Assembly (NCBI GenBank): GCA_964247055.1
Contig: OZ176052.1
Location: 1,860,001-1,924,000 of the forward strand
Length of the DNA stretch: 64,000 nt
From: Paragordius varius
Taxonomy: Eukaryota; Animalia; Nematomorpha
Direction of reading: 5' to 3'
A program made the translations under genes and the position numbers. The notes under the pieces are model-generated. The model was not told the DNA's origin. It did not search any database and saw only the letters and a list, made by a program, of their open reading frames with translations. Below, piece after piece: positions 52,517 through 64,000 of the stretch (position 1 is the stretch's first letter; each line of letters opens with the position of its first letter).

Positions 52517-55500
52517 ATGGATGATATTTTTAAAAAAGTTTTGGAATTTTTGCCTGAGTCAGATAATGATATTTTTAAAGCAATTGAAAGTAATAATTAT
52601 TTTATGCATAATATAAATAATTGATAACTTCATTTTGAAGTATATTTATATATCGTTTAACAAATATAATCGACAATTGTGTATTATTGTCCGATTTATA
52701 TGATTTGATTTTGATATACAAAACTCAATTTAATAATAATAACAAATAAATTTAACTCAAATTCAACGCAAGAATCAATTTTTTGTTAATATATTTATTA
52801 AAGAAACGGTTAAAATTTCATTAAAAGATAGAGTTATTAGTGATTTTTTTAATAACCTTACACAGCTACATTAAATTTATTGTTAATATAGATTTATAAA
52901 TTTTATTGATTTATATATGATATGGTGATAAATATATTTTATGATAAATTTAATTGATGACCTAATAATAATTTTATACATATATACTTTTAACAAATGT
53001 TTAACTTGTATCTTATTAATATGGTTATTTAAAGCTATATTTTTTTGTTAATGCACATTTTTATCTAATTATTATTATGTTATTTAAAATTGATAGATTT
53101 TCAAACAAGTCGTCCACAAATTGGGAATTATGATTTTATCAGGTATACTTTTTTTACAGTCTTTGAAGCACACTTTTTATTATGGAATCCTATTGGAGCG
53201 AAAATTTTGTGAATTATGATTTAAGCAAAAATAACATTTTATATGTCTGAATACACTGACAATAAAAATCTTTCTACAACAATAAATAAATGACTTTTTA
53301 AGTCATTATATTTCTTCTGCATTTTGACAATGCATAATTCCCTTTTTTTCAATACAATTAAATACCTCTTAATATACTTTATTTTGTTTATACGAATTAG
53401 ATATGATCAAATAAAGTTAATTTTGTGTTAAATTAAAACTTAGTTAAGATAATTATCTGCATGTATTAATAATATTGTTGATAATAATGATATAGATATA
53501 GACACAATTTAAACTGGAAATTTAGCTTGGGAATTAAATAGGATTGGTTGAATTATTGAGAAAATTCTTTATACATACAATTGGATATTAAAAATTTATC
53601 GCTTTAAAAACTTATTTTTTAATTCACGAAAGGCATCTATCTAAAAAAATTTAAAAGTATGTCAGTTCAATTCAATCCCGATATTTTTATTATATATATC
53701 TATCATTAGATTAAAGTGCATTGAAATTTTGGATTTGATGGTCAAGAGCGGAGATATTTCCTTAGACATTACTTTGACTGGTTTTGAAGTAATAATTAAC
53801 ATTATATTTTTTTAATTTCCAATAATTCTTTTTTGTTAAAACGCAAAATAAAAATGGAAAATATGTCGCAACATATTTATATTATTTCATAGATTTTAGT
53901 AAAAGAGGGCGAAACAGACAGTGAAAAAAAGTTTTTTTCCCATCAAAAAATAGATGGCGTAAAAAATAAAGGAGATCAAAGAAATTCTCTCGATTTCACC
54001 AACAACATTTTGATGAGTTTATCATTTGCTCTAACGCATGGTATAGTTGAAGAAATAACCGATAAATTTCGAATAATACAGGTTTTTTTCTTTTTTAATT
54101 ATAAACAAACATTGCTTTTAAATAAGGGTAGTCTTAAACAAAATATAAATTATTATTATTTCTATGAAATTATGATTAATAATCAATTTTTTGTCATTAA
54201 AACATAACATATTATTTTATTTTTTTATTGTAACATGATTGAAAATATGATGTTTTTCTATCGCTTTATAATATTTAAGATTATAGGATCATTAAGTATT
54301 GGAAATTTTATTATTCTCATATAAGATGTTATGTTTAAAAGTGCTGTTTTTCCACGAAAGCTTAGCATAAGAGATTGTCATTACAAAGCTGTCCATTATA
54401 TTTGATTTTTCCAATACCTAGATGCTTTTAAGAATAATAAATATTTGGATATAGAGTGTAATTTATATCAAAATAAAATCACTATATCTAAAAATCGAAA
54501 TATTATAGGATATTTAAGCATTCATTGGAATATATTTCGATTATATTTATATATATTGTATCGGGCTTATTTTGCGCTTTCGATATATGAATATAATATA
54601 TATAAATGCAGGATACCTTAGATATTGTATTTATTAATATTTTCTGTTAAAATAAATCATTTTATTTATATTTGTCATGTTAGCTTATCCATAATATAAC
54701 CACGCTTTACCCTCATCATTTTACACATCCTGGCCAATTTATCAAAATATATAAGGTAGAATAAATAAAACTCAAAATTAAATATTAAATAATATTTTTG
54801 AAAATATAATATTTTTAATATACCATTTGCAAATCAAATTCACCCTAAAGATAAATTATTGGGCTCATTAATAAGAAATATATTCCTTTTTCCGTATTAA
54901 ATTAATTTTAAACGTAATTTCATTTTTTAGAAATATAAAATATAGCTTGAAGAACACATAATTTATTTTAGGGTGAATATGAATTGTTCGAGGGTAAATT
55001 TGAACTGTAAATGGTATATATTTTAAATTTTTTAGCTGTTATTGCAAACGTACGAAACGGTGACCCACGAAACGCAACTTACAAAACGCATTAGAATTAA
55101 TATCTTCCAAATGTTTCAAACTTACATTCAATATTATCATCAATTTTTGGAAAATGAATTCTTTTCTAACGCAAATAATAATACCTCTGATCAAATTAAT
55201 GATAAAAATTTATATTCACACCTAGAAACAATGGAAAATATTGATAAACTCATTCTTTACGTATCGGATGATTGTAAATTTTATAATACCAAGTTTGTCG
55301 TTTTTATGGTTTTGTTTTCGATCTTTAAATTTATTTCTTATAAAAATTGTTTTTGCTAAATGAAACAATTACAATAAAAATTAAAGTTATAAAGAAAAAA
55401 TATAAAGAGTAAAAGAAAAATTATTTTTTTTTAAAAGTAAACCATATTTTTAAATCCATAAATTTATCCTGCTATTTTACCCATATAATTATAATTGTGA

Positions 55501-58500
55501 TGCATGAAATTTAACTTTTTACCAATTTAAATCTCTATTGCTTTATTTTTAAACCCCAATATATGTAAAAATTAACTTAAAACAATAGAGTGTTTTTTTA
55601 GATGAAATTTAATTTTTTACATATTTTTATCCATATTTTTTTTTGAAAAAGGCATTTATATATATATATATATATATATATATCTATCTATAGGTCAAAA
55701 TCGGCTCTCTGCTGCGTTTTTGAAGCTTTTAATGGTATACTTACGGTTTTATTGGCTACCAAATATAAATATATATATACGTCGAATGTTTTAACGGAAA
55801 CTCTATGGTAAAAATTATTTTTTATTCCTCACTAAAAATAAAATATCTAGATTTATATAAAAATATAATCAATAATATCTGAACGTAAAATTGTACCTCT
55901 TAAAATTTTATGTAAACTCAACTACTCTCTACTACTTGTGTTGATTTCCTTTGATTAATAAACATTTAAATACCATTTCATAAAGTATAATTTAACTTTT
56001 ATAAATTGGTTTCATTTTGGAAATAATCACATTTATAAAATAATCGTGCAATATTTTTTTTTCATTTTTTTTTTCAAATATTTAAAAAGTATTATATGTG
56101 TTTTGTTAGGAAAGATGTTTGCCCAGCCCTAGCAAATCTTTATAATTTACCCAATAATTATATTATTATGAATGGCAAAAATAAAGGATATTCCTCCAAT
56201 ATTTCATCAAGTGATCAAGCTTATTCTGTTCAATATAAGTGTCGGAACAATATTGATGATGGTGGTGACACTAAAAGGTTTTTAAACAACACTTTTTTGT
56301 ACATTGTTTTTTTTTCTTTACATTTTAAAATTGATTTTTTTTGAATTAGAGTTTTTTATAATTAAGTTTTTACCGATATATATGACTGAAATTAACGCAT
56401 TCTTAATAAATTTACAAAAATAAGGGCTAAATAACCTGTTCTTAATACAATAAAAATTAAAACTATACGGACAAAGCGTAAAAATATAAAGACATATATT
56501 TTTATTTAAAAGACAACCATACTTTTTTTTTAATATTTAAATTTTTCTATATAAGCTATTTAGACACAATCGTAAATTATAACATAGATTGTGTTAGTGT
56601 TATATAACTCTATTTCACACTTAGCCATCTTAAACAATGAATTATTTCTGAATCAATCAAGATTTAAGAAGTATCATTGTCTTTTAGAAAAAAATTTTGT
56701 CTTTACATTTTTACGTTTTTCCTGAAGCAAATTATATTAAACTAATCTATTTTCTAATTTTGGCAAAGCGATTATAATAAAAGTAAATTTATTTCCTCGT
56801 TAATTTATAAATATTATAGTTGTTTGACAAATGAGAAACCCATGGTCTGTTGGAACGGGGCAGCTATTTCAATCCCTGAAAGTCCATTATTTCTTAGGCC
56901 AGATTATTATTATTCAATCAATCAATTATTGTATTACATTTGTCTTTACATTGGGCACAAAGGTGAGTTATTATTTAAATTTTATTGAAATAATAAAAAT
57001 TTAGCATTTTTTTTGTAGCTTTACAGGTTTTGGTTATACAGTCGAACCTTTTTATATGTGTAGAATGTTTAAAATTAACATTTTTACCACTTTGTAAAAA
57101 TAAGTTTTTTTGATCCGTTTTTGTTCAATAATATTTTTGTACACTAAACCCGACTTGAAATGTTTTCAAACGCAAATTGATAATTTTTTACAAAATATAA
57201 TTTACACGTTTTTTCGATGGAGAAGTCTATATTTACACATATGCTCATGCAGGAAAAACTTTTTAGTTAGGATTTTTTTCCCATTTTACATTTTTATAAC
57301 GAATATATATATATATATCTATATATGATACTAATATATCAAATTTCAAAATACGTTCTTCTATATTGTGTAAAAATTTAAGTAGATTAACCCGTTTTTT
57401 TATATTACTATTAGGGCAAAATAAAAAGGGTGGAAACATTACTGGTGGGGCCCTCAGTTTAATTTGGCAATCCTTGATGCAATCCGCTCTATGTGCACAT
57501 GCTAATTATTTCAATTCAACTCTATTACCCAATAATGCCAATGTTAATGATTCAAATATAGTCTGCAAAGGTTTAAAGTTATTCATTGAGCAAACAGTAT
57601 GCAATTTAATTGAACCACAAACTTTATACACAATTTTAACTATACATCATCCACATGAGAGTTTTATGGATCAAAAAATTGAAATTTCGAGTAAGCAAGA
57701 ATGTTGGTGGTTTTATGTTTTGGGAAATGGTGTCTATGATATGGATATGATACAAATGTAATTAATTTAAAGCTTTTTATAACTTTTATTAATTTTGTGA
57801 TGTTGGTTAAATTACTGGTAAACCCAGAGCCTATAGTTTTTCTGATATTTTTTAAAAACATTTACTCTGCAAGAGGTTTTTTTATATATATAGAAAGTAA
57901 AAAATAGCATCATCTTATATATATATATATATGCATTTGATCGAAAGATTATGGTAAATTACTTTTTTTATCTAAATAAGCACTGCTGCGAATTTATTAC
58001 TAATATACGATTTCAACCTAAGTGAGTAAGTATGTCCAATAATTTCATTCATTAATCCTTTTGAAAAACTAATAAATAACGGTTTTATAAGCCCGTTATA
58101 TATATGGATGAGAGCACCTCAAATTAAAATGGCAACATAATTAGGAGTAATCTTTAGGTTATTTTGAATGATTACAGCCAAATAAATCATATTTTTGTTG
58201 TATTTTATGTTACAAAAAACTTATTTAAAGAACATATTCCAACATTATATTATTTTAATACACATTTTTTAAACCTTATTATTATATTAAGGTTAATTCA
58301 ATTCATATATGTCGTTTGGAATACAATATGTCAATATTGTAATCCTACCTCTATGTTATCATGTGACAATGTTCAGTATTCTTTGTTAAATGATTCAACT
58401 ATACATTTTTGTCATCGTTTATTGTTATCCCTGCAATCAATTAAACGCAATTTGGATGGAATTGAAATATTAGGTATGTATGTTATTTCTTTGCATTCCA

Positions 58501-61500
58501 AAAATAAAATTTGTGTTAAATTGAAAGTTAAAAATTTATATATATAAGGCCTCTATATCAAATGATCAATACATATAGATTATAAACTTTATACCAAATT
58601 AACCTTTTAAATGTCTTTTTCTTGTTTTGCAAGTAAAATTTAAAATGTGAGAAACATATAATTAGGAAATCAAAACTTATACTTTTATGGAAAAAAAACT
58701 TAATTCATAGTTTAATTGCACATAGTGATTTCAATAGTTTGTCTAAATTATTTTTTTTAGACATTTTTATTACTATATACCAATTACAACATTAATACTA
58801 AGTTATTAATCTGTAAGGTTGACTTTTATGCATAGTACTCATCAAACTTATTTTTATATACCATTACAACTGAAAATAATACTTGAAAAATTAAATTTAC
58901 CCTAAATGAATTATGTGTTAGTTAATGTTATAATTCTATATTCTTTATTTTTGTAAAAATAATATTTTGTTCAAAATTACAACTTAATAGAGAAAATATG
59001 TCATAAAGAAATATTTCATATTAATGATGAGTTATATTGGCCCAAAAAACACATAATTTATTTTTAGGGTGGTCAATTTAAATTGTTTAGAGGTAAATTT
59101 GCGAAATTTTATATATATACAATTAAAATTATTTATTGGTAGAAAATACGGCATGTCAATTCAATAACTTGAACAATGATTTTAATGTTGATAATCAAAA
59201 TTCAAGTTCAATTAACGATAGTAATCAAACATCTTTCGATACCGAATCGCATTATGAAACACCATCGGACGCTGATGTAGAAATTGAAAATGGTAATATC
59301 TTAACAAAATATCTTAACAATATCTAATAAAACTCAATGCTTTTATTTAAAGGCCATTTTTTTTATTTTTTATAATTTTATACAAACAATATTAATAAAA
59401 GATTAAAGAATAAAAATTAAATCCGTAATTAGTTTTTTTCCAAATATTTATCAGTTTTAAACAGAGGGGTAAATAAATTGACACTTTTTTTATAAAATAG
59501 TTTTCACTTGCTATTAGAGTTATAAACTAAAAAAATAATTGAAATAGCAAATTTTAAAATATTAGCAATCTCAGCGAAGCGACTAGTTTCGAATCCTATA
59601 AAAAGGATTCATTTTTAAGCCGATTATATGTGTGCGTAATAATAATTTGCATTCACATATAACTATAAAACTATTTTAAAATACTGTAAAAAATAAAGAG
59701 TTACACATTAATTGATAGTTAAAATGATTTATTATATATTTCCTCGTCCGGTTTAAATTATCAAACCGATATCATATAAATTTAAAATTTATTTAGTTTA
59801 ACATTTCAATATAGAAATTGACTTTTTAACTACTACGGAGGACGCATCAGTTTGTGGGCCGCCAAATGGAGACAATTTTGATGACAAAAACATCGATATT
59901 TTATTTGACAAAAATCACAAAATGAAATATAAAACTTCATCTAACGATTTATCTAGCAATAATATTGCTATTTGCCTAGAAAATGAATTAAATTCTTATG
60001 ATATTAATGAATCATCGGAAACAGAGGAAGATATATGCGATATCTTTGATTTTGGAACTCTGCTTTCAAATCATGAAACTACACCTGGTGTCATTCGGAC
60101 TTTAGATGGTAATTTTAATTTTGCAAAACTATTTTTATATATGTGATAATTTAATATTTTTTGTTTTTCGTTTTAAATAGGGTTAAATTCTAAATTTGCC
60201 TAAATTTCTACTTTATTAAATGGAAAAGTATATTAACACAAATTATAACATTTTAAACACTTAATTTAACTAAATTGGTAAATAAAATAAAAATCTGAAT
60301 AGGCACGGTACATATAAAACAATAAGTAATAGAAGCATGTGATATTTATTGTTAATTTGATTTTGATTTAGTACAAACAACACTATTTATTCTGAGTGTT
60401 TTTTTTACCCGACGCACCAATATTAGATTATAGCGACCATAATGAAAATAAAATTAACACTGATGAAGTTGATGGGGCAATTTTCACCGAAATATCTTTG
60501 GAACCTGAATTAAATAACCAATTATTAAATTTTGGACAAAAATTAAATCTTACCATGACACAAGGTAAAGGAAAAAACAAGCTTATGAACGAAGAAAGGG
60601 TATCTACTTACTTTAGCATATATATATTTCCACGTTTTTTTACATTAGTTTTTTTAATTATTAATCATGTCATATATTTATTTTATATTTCACCTTAAAT
60701 AATTTGAGAAATTTTATGGTAAATAAGTTTTGGTGGATAAATAATGTAAAATTTTGAACACATGTTTAGAATATATATATATATAACTACATATAAGAAT
60801 AATAAGAAATATTAATTATTATCAATTTTAATTTGTTTATTATATTAAATATATTATTTTAGATGATTTAATAGGTTTTCCAATTAGTTATAATCTATAT
60901 AGTTCAGATTGTCATATATTTAACCACTATTTCCATTGACTGCCATTAATAAGCATTAATGATGAATATCATTTTTTTATTATAATCTAATATATATATA
61001 TAATTATATGTATATAACTCAAAAAAACAATAGTTGAAAAAAATTTACTTTTTTTGTGCAACAGGAAATGGAAAAAAGTCATTTGGTGACAAACCTTCTC
61101 ACTCAAATACGTACTCGTTTGTGTCATTCAGAAACCGGAATTTTGATGCAACTAAGGTCGGGTGTTGAAATCGATTTGGCTATAATACAGTTTAGTTCAC
61201 AATTCTACTCACAATATCATGGTATGAAACGAAAATATATTTGTGTTTTAGTAAATGCTCGATTTATAAAGTTTTTTAAAGTGAATGGTTGGTTTAATTC
61301 TTTTTCGCGTTATAATAAAAACAAAATAAGTTTGAAAAGAAAATGCGATAAACAGCTGATTTTTATCAATATTTTGGTATTATAATTTTACCAAAATATA
61401 AGAACCTTATATAGCAATTTAATAAAATGTTTTTTTTAAAGCAGTTAACTATTAATAATATATTGAATTATGGTACACAGGAAAGAGAACTAATTTTTAT

Positions 61501-61623
61501 ATAAATTTGGTATATTTTGGATATAATAACCTGCGTATCTTATCAGTTTTTTAAATATTTTTTTTAAAAAAAATTTATCAACAATTTTAGCCGCAAATTT
61601 TTACATAATTCTAGGATTTTTTG

Positions 61624-61664
<41 letters not shown>

Positions 61665-64000
61665 TAAATTATTAGTGTAATACTGTTGCATGGATATTTA
61701 AGTTGTGATGCCATGTTTACTTTTGTATTCCTATTGTCTGTCATCGTCTTATATGTATCAGGTATTATAAACTTTTTTTCAAATATTTTTAATGAATTTT
61801 TCCTTTTTTTTATAATTTACCTTAAGAATTTATTCAATAAATTTATTAAAGGCCTTTGCAAATTATAACTTACATTTTGTTTTTTTACTTAAAAATAACT
61901 ATAAATTTGTATTAAAAAAAATTGTTTGCCATTTTTTTGTAATGACTTCCATCTTTAATTTTATGGATAAATTAATTTAAAGACTTATAAATTAAAGTAG
62001 TTTTACGCATTTTAAATTTTGAATAACTTTTGAAATGTTTATAAATCTACTAAAATATAATCCCATTTTAATTATTTTTTTAGCTTTCGAAAAGGATGAA
62101 TTTAGTTTCGAACATAACTTTAATAATAAAAATGAAGTGCAAAATCATTCCTTTAATGCGGATTTAATATATTTTGCAACATTTCAATCGCTATGTTTGG
62201 ATTACATTGTACAAAAATTCATTACCGAAGATATTTTAACACAAGATGAACTGGTAATTGTTTTATAGTTTTTTTTAAAAAATTTCAATTAGATTTTCTC
62301 CTAGTTTAAAATTAAACAAAAATTACAATTTATTTTTGATAGAGCTTAAAAATGTTTAAATATATATTTTTAACTTTTTTTATATATTTTTAATTATTAT
62401 TTCATTTTTATTAAACAAAAATTAATTTTAATCCCCCCCCCCCAACTAATCATAAAAATTAATTTATAACATTTATGCAATTTCAAGTTTTATAAAATTT
62501 AATTATTAATTTTATAGTTGAAAGAATTTAAGCAAGCCTTTAAATGTGATTCATTTAACATGGTATATACTGAGTGTTGGATCTCTCAAATATTTGCCAA
62601 CATTGTAAAACAACCCATTATTTCCTTCACCATGAATAATGATACCAAAAGATCTAATCTTATCAATTTTATTAAAGGTAAATAAAAGCTTATAGAAAAA
62701 AATACACTTTTTATACCTAAATATGTCTGAAATTTGCCATTTTTTATCTAAATACCAACGCTTGCTTGCTATTAAAAATGTGGTAAAATTTTAACTATTT
62801 TTAAAAAGTTATATTAAAAGTTTTCATTTGGACATTGTTTTATGTCCTGAGATTTTAATTTCTTTTAATGTTAATTGACTTGTACATTGGTATAACTAAA
62901 AATACGTCAAAGGGTATATGATTGATAAATATTTTTAGGGCAAGATTTTTTTTGAACTGTTCTCACAAAAAATTATTAATGCTATAATTTCAAAATTAAC
63001 AGATATCCATAAATACGTCTAGAAATTGCAAAAATATATAATTACTGTGAGGCTGATATTCATTAGGTTTTATCGGGTATTATAAGATATCTGGTAACAT
63101 TGCTTTTTATATCATTTCCTAAATTAGATTGCGTAAATAGCGAAAGGTTTGGTTTAAAATCAACTTCTACTGGTAATAAAGATCACGAATGTTTTTGCAC
63201 AAATTTTACCCATTCATATCGAGTATTATGTCAAACAATCAATCCTAACTCACATTGCAACAACTCTCTCGAAGATGGTATTTTAAAACAATTTTATCGG
63301 TTTTTATTAAGTATAGTCTCCAGGGGTGTCCACAACGCGGCCTGCGGAGTTTTTGGAAATCTATCAACTTAACACGGATTCCACAATTCGCAATAATATG
63401 GCTTAATATATCAATAATTTCAAACAAATTTTCAGAATAAGTCTTTTCAATATTAGCAACAAACTAACAGAAATCAGCAAAATAAATAGCACTTGGATTT
63501 TTTCAACAGTAGTATTATGTTTGAAATCTAACTAAATATTTATTAATCCCATATGTATTTATAAAATGCGGCCCGCGAAGCCGTTACCCCTGATATAGTC
63601 AATTAAATATTTTTTATACATGTTAAATTTACCCTTTTTTATATATATCATTTTTAGGTCACCACGATCGAAAGAAAATTTATGCCCAATTTTTAGATCA
63701 GTTCTTTAAAAGTGCATGCGATACTAAAACATTCGGGGGTATCCTAGTACCCAATCGTAAAAACAGCCTTTACAGCGTCATCAATAATCATATTATTAAA
63801 GACAAAGAGCATGTTTTAAATATCTTCATTAATATGCTGTATTTAGAACCGTCGACCTTATTTCACGAAAATTTCTACAACAATATTAATTCTGGAAATA
63901 TATTATCACAATCCTTCTTACCAAGGCAATCATCAGAGAACTCTTATTTGATTCATTTATTACGGAAAATTGAATCAAATTTTATGTTGGTCCAATTAAT
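52517..64000 (+). CDS. ARFGEF3: BIG3/ARFGEF3-like gene, copy B (5' part; continues beyond the window)
   Basis: ATG at 52517 (MDDIFKKVLEFLPESDNDIFKAIE). The exon series matches copy A, with GAA where copy A has TAA. The first six exons are open; one exon near 57019-57200 could not be put in frame. Confidence 0.68.

Larger units (their letters stand above)
38655..64000 (+). repeat. Tandem segmental duplication, copy B (runs off the window)
   Basis: Colinear paralog of 1-26128. It differs by substitutions, indels and copy-specific transposon insertions. Confidence 0.95.

Overview
Very AT-rich eukaryotic (probably animal) genomic DNA with spliceosomal GT-AG introns. I found no rRNA, tRNA or CRISPR array. 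The window holds a large tandem duplication with a period of about 38.65 kb: 1-26128 aligns colinearly with 38655-64000, with many substitutions and indels. Each unit carries a G-rich degenerate satellite, a small 5-exon minus-strand gene whose product has two RVxF (PP1-docking-like) motifs, a possible decayed gene, and a large plus-strand gene resembling BIG3/ARFGEF3. The BIG3-like copy A spans 14010-36966 and has an early in-frame stop; copy B starts at 52517 and leaves the window. Copy A alone has a young Mag-type Ty3/Gypsy retrotransposon with an unusual 134-bp flanking duplication. Copy B alone has a 4.66-kb hAT element built from two tail-to-tail transposase remnants, with a shorter derivative nested inside it, plus a hAT-type MITE. 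Several MITE families populate the introns. Protein family assignments rest on motifs recalled from memory, not on database searches.
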